Assembly (NCBI GenBank): GCA_050951805.1
Contig: JBMNJT010000002.1
Coordinates: 480,001-544,000 of the forward strand
Direction: 5' to 3'
From: Bacillota bacterium
Lineage (GTDB): Bacteria > Bacillota > DTU025
DNA length: 64,000 bases
Shown piece after piece: positions 39,969 to 51,679 of the stretch (within the stretch, counting starts at the first letter, position 1; every line of letters starts with the position of its first letter). The notes under the pieces were generated by a model, which was not told the DNA's origin, made no database searches, and saw nothing but the letters and a program-made list of their open reading frames with translations. A program made the position numbers and the translations under genes.

Positions 39969-41525
39969 CTAGCTTTCGGGATATCCGGTAATCGCGCGCA
40001 TTTCCTCATAGAGCGGCTTGAGGCGCGAATACATTTTCTTGTATACACACTTATATAGCTGGTCATATGTTCTTGCAGTCGGTGGATCTGGTTGGAAGTG
40101 GGCTTCGTAGTGAACCATGTTGGCAACTGCATCATCGAAGCTGCTGTAATATCCCGCGCCGCAGAATCCTATGATTGCAGCGCCAAGTCCAGATCCCTCG
40201 TAGGTTTCGCCGCGCAACACAGGCTTGTTGAATACATCCGCTGTTATCTGGCATATGGAGTCTGTTTGCGCGCCGCCGCCCGATATCATTATCCGTTCTA
40301 TCTTTGTGCCGGAGACTTTTTCAACCTTGTCAGCCGCATCTCGTAGAGCGTATGCTACGCCTTCTATTATCGATCGATACAGATGGGCACGCGTGTGAAT
40401 GTCTCCAAACCCGATTACGGCGCCGCGGGCTTCTGGCATCCTGAGCCCCGCGCCCCAGTATGGCTGGAGCATCAGGCCCATGCAGCCCGGCGGAGTCTCA
40501 TGGAGTAGCTCGTTTAGGATTACCTCAGGAGCGACTCCACGCTGTTCTGCTATGAGCACTTCGCGGTATCCGAATTCTTGCTTGAACCAGTTGATCATCC
40601 AATAGCCGCGGTATATCTGCACTTCAGGGTTGAAGTGTCCTGGCACTACTGCAGGGTAGGGCGGCATGAACTTGATCGGTTCCATGTACTTTTCGGTAGT
40701 TATCTGCAATGTTGCTGTAGTTCCAAGGCTGATGCATGCACTAGTTGGATTGAGGCATCCAGTTCCGAGGGTTTCGCATCCTTTGTCAGATCCCCCGGCA
40801 TATACCGGGGTGCCTACTGGCAGCCCAGTAGCCTCTGCTGCTTCAGGCGTTATGGTGCCTATCACTTGCGCGGGCCTTACGAGCTGAGGAAGGTGTCGCC
40901 GGCTCAAACCACTCATGTACCATCTGTAGTCTAACTTCGAAACGGGCCACCTTTTGTGTTTGTAGTCGAATGGAACGTGTCCTATCTGGTTTGCAACCGA
41001 GTCCGCCATGTTTCCGGTGAGCTTGTAGTTGAGCCATCCGGAAAGGAGCAGGAACTTGTTCATCTTGTCCCAAATATCCGGCTCATTTTCACGGATCCAC
41101 TGTGACTTGCATTTCTTGCGAGTGAGCTCCGCTGTTTCGAGCATCCCTACTGCGCCGAAGGCGAGTCTGTAGATAAAAGGATAGGGCTTGTTGCATTCGG
41201 CCATTCGCTGATCGAGCCAGAGCATGGCCGGTCTCAGCACATTGCCATTCTCGTCAACGACTACGCAGGTATCGCGTTGGGTGGTCAGGACTACTCCTAC
41301 AATGCGACCCCAATCATCAGGAGCGCTTGATGCCAGGTCATGGCATGCCTTGCAGATGGCGTCGAAATAGACTTCAGGATCTTGCTCTGCCCAGCCTGGC
41401 TGCGTAGAAAAGTAGGGTTCAAACTCCGCCTTGCCCTTTGCCACCAGGCTTCCTCTACAATCAAATAGCAGCGCTCGTGCGCTTTGGGTTCCGCAATCAA
41501 TGGAAACGATCAGTCCTTGTTTCAA
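39969..41525 (-). CDS. FGGY family carbohydrate kinase (not canonical GlpK)
   Basis: IDCGTQSAR, WAEQDP, TTQR.T, WLDQR, GGSDK.CE.LG.G, SLGTTA and ISGGG. Confidence 0.9.
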   Translation of the reverse strand: MKQGLIVSIDCGTQSARALLFDCRGSLVAKGKAEFEPYFSTQPGWAEQDPEVYFDAICKACHDLASSAPDDWGRIVGVVLTTQRDTCVVVDENGNVLRPAMLWLDQRMAECNKPYPFIYRLAFGAVGMLETAELTRKKCKSQWIRENEPDIWDKMNKFLLLSGWLNYKLTGNMADSVANQIGHVPFDYKHKRWPVSKLDYRWYMSGLSRRHLPQLVRPAQVIGTITPEAAEATGLPVGTPVYAGGSDKGCETLGTGCLNPTSACISLGTTATLQITTEKYMEPIKFMPPYPAVVPGHFNPEVQIYRGYWMINWFKQEFGYREVLIAEQRGVAPEVILNELLHETPPGCMGLMLQPYWGAGLRMPEARGAVIGFGDIHTRAHLYRSIIEGVAYALRDAADKVEKVSGTKIERIMISGGGAQTDSICQITADVFNKPVLRGETYEGSGLGAAIIGFCGAGYYSSFDDAVANMVHYEAHFQPDPPTARTYDQLYKCVYKKMYSRLKPLYEEMRAITGYPES

Positions 41526-41940
41526 TTGAGGATACCCCCATTGGCATAGTAGCGCTTGCCGACGCTATTACGTTCGCGCCAGTGCCTGCCACGTTGTGGA
41601 TAATGACGTCTCCCATGTCCACTCCAGTGCTCACATCTACAACAGCCTTGATGATCTCTGCCATTACACGGGGAACGTCCTCCAGCGGCACTTCGATGTC
41701 GGTCCTTACGGGAAGGAGCGGACAGGATCGGTCAGTCGTTCTCGCAGTAGAACACACGACTCTCGTGGGATTGTTTACTTCTTTTAGGGCAAAATCCCTA
41801 CCCATTGGGCACCTGTTCCCCGATATTCTCCAGCCGTCTTCCACTAGTTCAGCTGTAAGATCGCAACTGCGCGGACAGACTATGCATGTAAAGGCCTTGT
41901 GTTGGGATATTTGGCCTTTATCAACGCTTTGAGCTGTCAT
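41497..41940 (-). CDS. DUF1667 family four-cysteine small subunit
   Basis: TCIVCPRSC...GNRCPMG..FA..E..P.R.V.ST. Confidence 0.88.
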   Translation of the reverse strand: MTAQSVDKGQISQHKAFTCIVCPRSCDLTAELVEDGWRISGNRCPMGRDFALKEVNNPTRVVCSTARTTDRSCPLLPVRTDIEVPLEDVPRVMAEIIKAVVDVSTGVDMGDVIIHNVAGTGANVIASASATMPMGVSSIETRTDRFH

Positions 41941-41945
41941 AATGA

Positions 41946-44900
41946 TCACTCCTCTCCCATGTTCGATTGGCGCATCGCCAGCTCCAAAGAGAGTGGGGCA
42001 TGTGGATCGAAGCTTGCGTTCGTGGCCTTCACCCCTATGGCCTGCATCTGCTGGGATCGCACCACGGGATACTTCGATTCGGCGAGGACCTTGCCGCTTT
42101 GGGTTAGCCGGACCACGACATTTTGGTGTGTGCCTCGTGATCTGAAGTAGATCGTGAAGGCTTCATTTGCCATTTCGGCGTCGATGAATTGGGGAACGGA
42201 ATAGAGGAGATCGTCAGAGGGGCATACATGGGTTATCTGGCCAATTCTTCGCTCTCCTTGGGCGTATTGGGCGGCACTCAGCCCGGCCACTCTGCCGCTT
42301 TGTGTTACGTAATCGACGAGGTCGTGAACGTGAACGCAGTTGCCGCAGGCAAAGAGTCCTGGAATAGTGGTTTGGAACGTCTGATCAACCTTGGGACCGC
42401 GAGTTGTGTTGGAAATTTCGGCTCCCAGCGTTTCGGCCAGCTCGTTTTCGGGAATCAATCCAACTGCGACGATGACGCAGTCGCATTCGATTCTTTGCTC
42501 TGTCCCGACGATCGGCTTCATTTCGCCGTCAACTTGGGCGATCTCTATCGCCTCAACGCGTTCGTCGCCGAAAACCTTTGTTACGGTCTGAGAGAGATAA
42601 AGAGGGATGCCGAAGTCATCTAGGCATTGGGAGATGTTCCGGGGAAGGCCAGTCGGCTCTGATTTGGCTTCATAAACAGCCACCACCGTGGCACCCTCCA
42701 GTGTCAGTCTGCGAGCCATTATGAGGCCCACATCGCCGCTTCCAAGTATTACGCACCTGAGGCCGGGCAGCCGCCCTTGCACGTTCACCATATACTGGGC
42801 TGTACCTGCACTGTATATGCCGGCAGGTTTCGTCCCGTGGATGAAGACTTGTCGAGCTGTGCGTTCTCTGCACCCTGTGGCTAGGACCAATGCCTTCGAT
42901 TCAATGTTGAATATTCCGTCCCGGTTTTCCACAGTAAGTGCAAAATTGCGGCCTTCCGAGGGCCTGAAGTTATCTGGTTTGCGTCCATCTCCATTGCGGG
43001 CTACATCGAGCACGAACGTTTGCGTGTAACATGTAATGTCCCGCTGGGCTGCCTGCGACATGAAGCGTTCGGCGTACTCTGGGCCAGTCAGATGCGTGTT
43101 GAACTCGATCGTTCCGAAGCCGTCGTGGACGCATTGCTTTAGGATGCCGCCGAGGCGCGCTTCGCGTTCTATGAGTCCGACTTTGGCGCCTGCGTCATGT
43201 GCGGCAATGGCTGCAGCGAGCCCGGCCGGCCCTCCTCCGATGATCACTACGTCATACGCTCCCAAAGCCTGTGGAGTGCAGTCTTCATCGTTTGTCGCAG
43301 AGAGCACTTCCGCATGCCCGATCGGTGCGTTTCTGCGGGGATTGACACTGATTGCCTCCTCCAGTTCCGGGCGTGTGGGACCGGATATCAGATACGAGGC
43401 TCCGCCCTTTTTGGTGAACTTATCTGGGGCGATCCCCGTTTCATCGCAGGCGATATCGAGTACCAGGGGGGTGCAGAATCCGCCCTGACACCGTCCCATG
43501 CCAGTCCTGACCCTCCGCTTTAACCCGTCAAGGGTTGTGGGGGGAACAGGAGAGCGAAGCGCGGCCCGAATCTCGCCTTCCGTGATAACCTCGCATCTGC
43601 ATACAACCCTGCCGTAATCCGGGTTTGCCTTGATAATTCTCTGGCGTTCTTCCAGCGGGAGTTGGGCGAAATCAGGGGGGACGTTCCTGCGAGGGTTGAA
43701 CTTGGCGTTGGGCCTGACTTCGACTTCATGCGTCTCTTTGAGCACATCGATGCACATCGATGCAACCTCATGCGCGATGGCAGGCGATGAGGTTAGGCCT
43801 GGCGACTGTATTCCTGCTGCATGCACCAGGTTGCGCACGCGTTCTGACCGTTCGATGACGAAGTCTTCCTCATATGTTGCTGCCCTCGTGCCGGCAAAAT
43901 AGGTGATCACATCAGATGCTGATATTCCGTTGATGAATCTTTGTTGCTTTTTGACGAGGTTCTCGGTTCGTTCCGCTGTAGTCGCGTAATGTTCGCGATA
44001 GGGCAATTCGACGGCATCGGGCCCAATCAGGATGTTGCCATCGATGGTGGGAATCACGCCACCGCCCTTGGTGTCAGTGCGCGCCTGATAGACAGGGGGC
44101 ATGGAGAGGGTGGATCTTGCCAGGTTGCCTTTCTTCTTGTCGAGGATCAGCATTTCGCCATGCCTAGGATGGATTGTGAAGAACATGTCGCCTGCGGCCT
44201 CGGCAACCGTGTCCGCCCATAGCCCGGCGGCGTTCACTACTGCCTTGGGAAAGAGGACACCCCGATTGGTGACAACTGCCAGAATCCTTCCGTGTTCAAC
44301 GATGAATGATTCTGCCATGGTGTTTAGCCAGACGGTAGCGCCGTTTTCAACTGCATTTTCAGCAAATGCTATTGTGAGCATGAAAGGGTCTATGATTCCG
44401 CTTTGCGGCATGAAGAAGGCGCCTCCGATGTCGTCCCTGACGTTAGGCTCCATGGATTGTAGTTCGGCTGGGGGCACAAATCTGATCTCACCTGCGCGGT
44501 TTCGTCGCGCCCTGTTGGCGAGAACGGGATAAGCGATTCCATATATTCGCCGTTCTACGATTATCGTCATGCCGTTGTATCTGAAAGGGACACCTAGTTC
44601 ATCCGCGATGGCCGGGATCATCGGATTCCCCAATGAGTTGAATTGCGCTTTCTTCGAACCGGGGGAGGGCGCCAGGGCCGGATGGATCATGCCGGCGTTT
44701 CTGCCGCTCTGATGCATGGCGAGGTCGGCTTCTTTTTCTATGAGACATGCTCGAATATCCCACCTGGAGAGCTCTCTTAAGATTGCGGTGCCGATCACTC
44801 CGCCGCCGATAACAAGAACGTCCATGCGCTCTCCTTCCAGGGACGCGTCTCGAATGGAAGGCGCTTTGGGGCCGGGCATGGCCAGAATTCCATCGCAAGT

Positions 44901-45077
44901 CAGGCGGTTGACTACACCCTTGTAGCCTAGCTTTGCTCCGCTTTTGCCGGCAGCAACAACATGATCCCATGTGGGCACATTTCCTTCCAGGACTATGGCG
45001 CTGTCTTTTTCGTAGCATGAGATGTCGCGATTGAGCTTCTTGGCAAGCGACTTTTCGAGAGAAGACGCTTTCGACAT
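41946..45077 (-). CDS. Fused BON-like domain, GlpA/LhgO-type FAD dehydrogenase, BFD [2Fe-2S] domain and NAD(P)/FAD oxidoreductase
   Basis: N-terminal IVLEG.V..W..V.AAG...GVVNRL; IGGGVIG, SGRNAG.IH, GIQSPGL and CRCE..GMGRCQGGFC; second Rossmann fold IGGGPAG, QCVHDGFG..LTGPEYA, GSGDVG and CGNC.HVHDLVD. Confidence 0.88.
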   Translation of the reverse strand: MSKASSLEKSLAKKLNRDISCYEKDSAIVLEGNVPTWDHVVAAGKSGAKLGYKGVVNRLTCDGILAMPGPKAPSIRDASLEGERMDVLVIGGGVIGTAILRELSRWDIRACLIEKEADLAMHQSGRNAGMIHPALAPSPGSKKAQFNSLGNPMIPAIADELGVPFRYNGMTIIVERRIYGIAYPVLANRARRNRAGEIRFVPPAELQSMEPNVRDDIGGAFFMPQSGIIDPFMLTIAFAENAVENGATVWLNTMAESFIVEHGRILAVVTNRGVLFPKAVVNAAGLWADTVAEAAGDMFFTIHPRHGEMLILDKKKGNLARSTLSMPPVYQARTDTKGGGVIPTIDGNILIGPDAVELPYREHYATTAERTENLVKKQQRFINGISASDVITYFAGTRAATYEEDFVIERSERVRNLVHAAGIQSPGLTSSPAIAHEVASMCIDVLKETHEVEVRPNAKFNPRRNVPPDFAQLPLEERQRIIKANPDYGRVVCRCEVITEGEIRAALRSPVPPTTLDGLKRRVRTGMGRCQGGFCTPLVLDIACDETGIAPDKFTKKGGASYLISGPTRPELEEAISVNPRRNAPIGHAEVLSATNDEDCTPQALGAYDVVIIGGGPAGLAAAIAAHDAGAKVGLIEREARLGGILKQCVHDGFGTIEFNTHLTGPEYAERFMSQAAQRDITCYTQTFVLDVARNGDGRKPDNFRPSEGRNFALTVENRDGIFNIESKALVLATGCRERTARQVFIHGTKPAGIYSAGTAQYMVNVQGRLPGLRCVILGSGDVGLIMARRLTLEGATVVAVYEAKSEPTGLPRNISQCLDDFGIPLYLSQTVTKVFGDERVEAIEIAQVDGEMKPIVGTEQRIECDCVIVAVGLIPENELAETLGAEISNTTRGPKVDQTFQTTIPGLFACGNCVHVHDLVDYVTQSGRVAGLSAAQYAQGERRIGQITHVCPSDDLLYSVPQFIDAEMANEAFTIYFRSRGTHQNVVVRLTQSGKVLAESKYPVVRSQQMQAIGVKATNASFDPHAPLSLELAMRQSNMGEE

Positions 45078-45188
45078 GATACTCACCACTCGATAATTAA
45101 TGGGGAGAGCACTGTTTTGCTAAGACTCGGGCATAAGCCTTTGCAGACTGTGGGCAGGGCCCAACAAATTGGTACTAATAATACGGAT

Positions 45189-45229
45189 GTACGTACCTTA
45201 ACACTACTACTTATGGACTCATGTGTCAA
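45189..45229 (-). promoter_or_regulatory. sigmaA-type promoter with candidate GntR operator
   Basis: Minus strand TTGACA(45229-45224)-17 bp-TAGTGT, then the palindrome GTACGTAC at 45189-45196. Confidence 0.5.
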
Positions 45230-45692
45230 CTCTGGACTGAATTGGAATGCATGGATAAATAGTCTCATGGGAGTGGGCATCCTGTTTGCCAGCTTAAAGC
45301 GGAATATCTATTAAAGCTAGCAAGTTCCGTCGATGGCCAATGGCGGATGGGGATGATGACGGGATTGGCCATGAAAGTGGGCTATGCTGATTTGCTCGGA
45401 GCATCATCTGTAAGATGCTGAATGAATCGGCTTTTGACGCGGTTGGGCCTCTTGGGGATTGTGAAGGCACGTGGCATGATACGATATTCTGTTTTTGGGG
45501 ATAACCTGTCGTGTATAGAGGATTTTTGGCCCTTTGGGTAGAAAAGCAGGTGGGCATGTGTTATTATACTGTCGTAGTCGGAAAAGGGAAAAGGGATCAT
45601 GTTAAATAGGACGGAGATTTGGAGAGTCCTACAGCGGGACGGAGCTTACATGGCTTCTGCTCGATGAAGGGCTTTTCTTTTTGCTCGCTTAG

Positions 45693-47261
<1,569 letters not shown>

Positions 47262-47286
47262 GGTGGGAAATCTAGGGGGTAACGAT

Positions 47287-48807
47287 ATGGCGGCAACGAA
47301 ACGGATTACAGCAGATGTTGTTGTTATCGGCGCGGGCATTGTAGGCACTGCCATAGCCCGCGAGCTTTCCAAATATGAGTTGAGTGTTGTGTTGGTTGAG
47401 AAAGAGGCAGATGTGGCCTTTGGCACCACCAAGGCCAATACGGCCCTTGTTCATGCTGGTTATGACGCAGATCCAGGGACTTTGAAGGCCAAGCTGAACG
47501 TGGCCGGCAATGCTCTTTATCCAAAGATCACTCAGGAACTAGGGGTTCTCTACAAGAACACCGGCTCGTTGGTGGTAGCCCTTGACGAAGATCAGATGCT
47601 TCACATTCACGAGCTCAAGATTAGGGGAGAGAAGAATGGTGTGCCTAGGCTCGAGGTCATTCCTGCGGAGCGGTTGCTCGAGCTTGAGCCGCATGTGAAT
47701 CCGGATGCGGTTGGCGCGCTCTGGGCTCCCACAGGCGGTATAACCTGCCCGTGGGAGTTGGCCATTGCCTATACAGAAAACGCGGTCCTCAATGGGGCAC
47801 GGGTATTGCTAAGTTCGCCGGTGATTGGCATAGATGTGCACGAGGGGCGCGTTACGACAGTCCATTGCCCCAATATCTCTATAGATGCGAGGTTCGTCGT
47901 GAACGCCGCTGGAGTTTGGGCTGATGACATAGAGAGGATGGCAGGCCGGGATGACTTCGAAGTCACACCCAGACGGGGAGAATACTACCTCTTTGACAAG
48001 AGGGCTTCTCGTATCGTTGCACGGCCGCTTTTCCCAGTGCCTACGCCGTTCTCCAAAGGGATCGTGGTTGCCCCTACAGTCGACGGGAACCTGCTTGCCG
48101 GACCCAATTCAGTTTTGACAGGCAGGAAAGATGATTATGCCACAACAGCTCCGGGCCTGGCTGAGGTTTTGGAAGGTGCTAGGAAGCTCATTCCTGACCT
48201 TCCAGTGAGGGAGGCCATTACCAATTTTGCCGGACTTCGCGCAGTAGCCGAACCGGGTGGAGACTTCATCATAGGAGTGTCGCCCGGTTTGTCAAACTTC
48301 ATAAATGCAGCAGGCATACAGTCTCCCGGACTTACGGCGGCGCCTGCCATAGCGGAGATGGTCCGCGATATACTGTCAGACGCCGGCTTGGAGTTGATGG
48401 AGAAGCCCGATTTCGATCCCATTCGCAAGCGTCCGCTCCGATTTACCGAATTGACCCGAGAAGAACAGGCTCGGATGGTGGCGGAGGATCCGAAATGGGG
48501 CCACATCATATGCAGGTGTGAGACTGTGACCGAGGCCGAGATAGTGGCGGCTTTGCACTCGCCGGTTCCTTGCACCACAGTTGACGGGGTGAAGTTCCGC
48601 ACTCGCGCTGGTGCAGGAAGGTGCCAGGGGGGCTTTTGCGGGCCGAGGGTAGTTGCGATCATCGCACGCGAGCTAGGCATTCCTGTGGAGAAAGTAACTA
48701 AAAAGGGCGGCAAATCCCGTATCGTGATGGGACCTAGCAAGGAGCCGCTCCTTGAATGCTCGTGCAGCGTAGAGGGCACGGAGAAGGAGGTCGGCGACGA
48801 TGTCTAG
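47287..48807 (+). CDS. FAD-dependent glycerol-3-phosphate dehydrogenase (GlpA/LhgO-like) with BFD [2Fe-2S] domain
   Basis: IGAGIVG, TTKANT..VHAGYD, GIQSPGL and CRCE..GAGRCQGGFC; directly follows glpK. Confidence 0.85.
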   Translation: MAATKRITADVVVIGAGIVGTAIARELSKYELSVVLVEKEADVAFGTTKANTALVHAGYDADPGTLKAKLNVAGNALYPKITQELGVLYKNTGSLVVALDEDQMLHIHELKIRGEKNGVPRLEVIPAERLLELEPHVNPDAVGALWAPTGGITCPWELAIAYTENAVLNGARVLLSSPVIGIDVHEGRVTTVHCPNISIDARFVVNAAGVWADDIERMAGRDDFEVTPRRGEYYLFDKRASRIVARPLFPVPTPFSKGIVVAPTVDGNLLAGPNSVLTGRKDDYATTAPGLAEVLEGARKLIPDLPVREAITNFAGLRAVAEPGGDFIIGVSPGLSNFINAAGIQSPGLTAAPAIAEMVRDILSDAGLELMEKPDFDPIRKRPLRFTELTREEQARMVAEDPKWGHIICRCETVTEAEIVAALHSPVPCTTVDGVKFRTRAGAGRCQGGFCGPRVVAIIARELGIPVEKVTKKGGKSRIVMGPSKEPLLECSCSVEGTEKEVGDDV

Positions 48808-50152
48808 GATAGAATGCGATGTGGCGGTGATAGGTGCAGGACCGGCTGGTCTGGCGGCTGCGGAGCGGGCGAAACAGTCGGGCGCCGGCCGTGTGATTCT
48901 GTTGGACCGTGATCGCGAGTTGGGCGGAATACTGAATCAGTGCATACACAATGGATTTGGGCTCCAGTTGCTGGCGCAGGAGCTTACAGGGCCGGAGTAT
49001 GCGGAGCATTTTATCAACAAGACATTCGATTCTGGAGTAGAGACGATGCTCGATACCATGGTCTTGGATGTAACACGCGACAGACAGATAATCGCGATCA
49101 ACAGCGACGAAGGGCTGATGAGGATAGATGCGGAGGCAATCATACTGGCTATGGGCGCTAGGGAGCGCAACCGTGGGGCAGTAACTATCCCCGGAACGCG
49201 GCCCGCGGGAGTTTTCACTGCCGGGGCGGCGCAGCGATTCATCAACATGGAGGGATACATGCCTGGCAGGCGCGTCGTGATTCTAGGGTCAGGAGATATA
49301 GGCCTGATCATGGCGAGGCGTATGACGTGGGAAGGCGCCAAAGTCGAGGCGGTTCTCGAGATACTGCCTTTTCCTTCAGGCTTGACGAGAAACATAGTCC
49401 AATGCCTGGATGACCAGGGGATTCCGCTTTACCTGAGCCACACTGTTATCTCCGTGAAAGGAGAGGAGAGGGTCGAAGGTGTGACCGTGGCCAGGGTGGA
49501 CGAAAACCTCAAGCCGGTGCCCGGCTCCGAATGGGACATCGAATGCGACACGCTTCTGCTTTCGATCGGGCTGATACCCGAAAACGAACTGAGCCGTGAG
49601 GCCGGCGTAGAGCTGGATGCGGTCACTGGAGGACCTGTTGTAACAGATGAGATGGAGACATCAGTTCCGGGTATCTTTGCATGCGGCAATGTAGTGCACA
49701 TCCATGACCTGGTCGATAATGTTACCAGGGAGGCCTGGGCAGCCGGTGAGGGTGCGGCAAGGCTCGTGACCGGGAAGCAGCCGCGAGGTGCCACAATTCG
49801 CACTCGCGCCGGAGACGGGATAAGGTATGTGGTTCCACACGTAGTCCATGTGCAAAACCTCGCTGATCGCGACGTGCGTCTCTTCATGCGGGCAACGCAT
49901 CCTGCGGAGAACGTGAGGGTGGAGGTTGTGGTCGGCGACAATGTGTTGTTCAGCAAGTTCGAGCGTGTCGTGCGTCCTGCGGAGATGCTGGCCCTTACTA
50001 TACCAGCTGGAAGAATCTCTGAGGAGGCAATAGCCAGTGCGAGCCTGGCCGATGCGGGCCGGCGGGGAGAAGAAGGCTCGAAAAACGGTCCTGAACTTGT
50101 GGTGCGCGTAACACCGCGTGACGTTCATAAGAGAGGAGGAGTACAGGCATGA
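48800..50152 (+). CDS. NAD(P)/FAD-dependent oxidoreductase subunit of the G3P dehydrogenase complex
   Basis: IGAGPAG, QCIHNGFG, LTGPEYA, GSGDIGLIMARR and CGNVVHIHDLVD. Confidence 0.88.
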   Translation: MSRIECDVAVIGAGPAGLAAAERAKQSGAGRVILLDRDRELGGILNQCIHNGFGLQLLAQELTGPEYAEHFINKTFDSGVETMLDTMVLDVTRDRQIIAINSDEGLMRIDAEAIILAMGARERNRGAVTIPGTRPAGVFTAGAAQRFINMEGYMPGRRVVILGSGDIGLIMARRMTWEGAKVEAVLEILPFPSGLTRNIVQCLDDQGIPLYLSHTVISVKGEERVEGVTVARVDENLKPVPGSEWDIECDTLLLSIGLIPENELSREAGVELDAVTGGPVVTDEMETSVPGIFACGNVVHIHDLVDNVTREAWAAGEGAARLVTGKQPRGATIRTRAGDGIRYVVPHVVHVQNLADRDVRLFMRATHPAENVRVEVVVGDNVLFSKFERVVRPAEMLALTIPAGRISEEAIASASLADAGRRGEEGSKNGPELVVRVTPRDVHKRGGVQA

Positions 50153-50613
50153 GTGCAGAGATGGACACGGCCGTCATTACTGCCAAGACAAAGGAAATCA
50201 GGGAGCTTACATGCATTGTATGTCCTGTCGGTTGCAGTCTGCAAGCCACTATTGAGGATGGCAATGTCCTAGACGTTGAGGGCAATTCCTGTAAGCGCGG
50301 GCGTGAGTACGCAGTGGATGAGCTGTGCGCCCCGAAAAGGACTGTTACTTCCACGGTGAGGGTGGAAGGCGGGTTTCTTCCCCTCGTGCCTGTGCGCACT
50401 GCTGCGCCGATTCCCAAGGAAAAGATCGATCAGGCTCTGTTCGAGGTCGCAAAGGCTACCTTGGAGGCGCCTGTAAGAATCCATCAGGTTATCATTGCAG
50501 ACGTGGCAGGCACCGGCGTTGACGTGATTGCCAGCAGATCCATGCCGAAAACTGTTGGCACATACCCGGCTTCTGGTGCCAAGACGGTTCTGGTTCACGA
50601 TGCATGCGTGTAA
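50149..50613 (+). CDS. DUF1667 family four-cysteine small subunit
   Basis: TCIVCPVGC...GNSCKRG.EYA..E..P.RTVTSTV; ATGA overlap with the upstream gene. Confidence 0.9.
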   Translation: MSAEMDTAVITAKTKEIRELTCIVCPVGCSLQATIEDGNVLDVEGNSCKRGREYAVDELCAPKRTVTSTVRVEGGFLPLVPVRTAAPIPKEKIDQALFEVAKATLEAPVRIHQVIIADVAGTGVDVIASRSMPKTVGTYPASGAKTVLVHDACV

Positions 50614-51586
50614 CTTGGCATTGGCGCGGTCTTGTGCCGCGCCTGATTTCATGCCTGAATACCTGCCTTTTTCCTGAAGCTATTTGCGTAGTATGCGGGA
50701 TATAGTAGGCAACGGCTGCTCTTCAGTCTACCAAAACGAGCCATGTGGTCGCGTAAGGCCCTCGCAGTTTTTGTCGTTCCTGTCATTGCTGTAGGGGTTA
50801 TGCCTGTCGTGGCGTCTTGGGATGCACTGGCTAGCGGGGGCGAGATATATTCGTAGCGGAGCTTGAAGAGGCCGGCTGTCCTACACGTGAGGCTGCCAAT
50901 TTCTTAAAGCTGATCGCGATTGCTTTGTTCCGGCAGATGACCGGCGCCTACGATGCGGATCTGATTGCCCATACGTGGGGCACAGCTTCCCACGAGACCT
51001 AGTATTGATATGTATCCCCTCCATTTCCTATCAGGCTGCCCCAACCAGGATGCGCTGGTTCTTCCCATTTCCATGGCTTTCCTCGGTGACAAGACTAGCA
51101 GCATCTTTGTGTCCACGCATTCCCTGACGATCTCCTGACCAACGGAAATCGGGTTTCTTTTGTGGGTACACGGGCCTGCTGGGTTCCCGAACTACCTGTG
51201 AGGATAGAAACCGCTGTCACTCTCCTTTATCTGTGCACGGCAGATGGGTTGGGGGTGTTGTTGAGTGTTGAAGGAGAAATGCGTTTTGCAGGGATATGGC
51301 TGACAAATGCTCTTCTCGGTCGAGTTAACCCCTGATCATTTCCGTTCTCTTGAGCTTGCCGGCAGAAGAAATGTTGCAGGTCTTTATGCGGGAGACAGAT
51401 TCCCGAGCTCCAAGGCTCAGACGGGATGAGGCTCTTGCCACTGTGAGTAGGTGGTCTGCTGAAGCCGAACGGCCTTATACACTGGCGAAGTCACTGCTTA
51501 CTCAGGACGTCGTTCTTTTACAGCAGTTCCGTGCCCGCCTTGAGGGTAAAGTCATGGGAGCAATCGATATAGTAGCTTTTGGAGTA

Positions 51587-51650
51587 TTGACAAACCAGCC
51601 ATTACACCATTAAAATATCCTCAACGATTAAACGATTGCTTAATCGTTGA
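51587..51650 (+). promoter_or_regulatory. Promoter with ArsR/SmtB operator
   Basis: TTGACA(51587)-18 bp-TAAAAT; inverted repeat TCAACGATTAA-8 bp-TTAATCGTTGA at 51621-51650. Confidence 0.8.
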
Positions 51651-51679
51651 ATGGCCAGATGGCTCTGGGGGGTGTCTGT

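Noticed and set aside
50650-51580. Short ORFs between DUF1667 and the ArsR promoter (50904-51116, 51350-51613)
   Set aside because: No recognisable family; possibly gene debris, but not supportable from the sequence alone.
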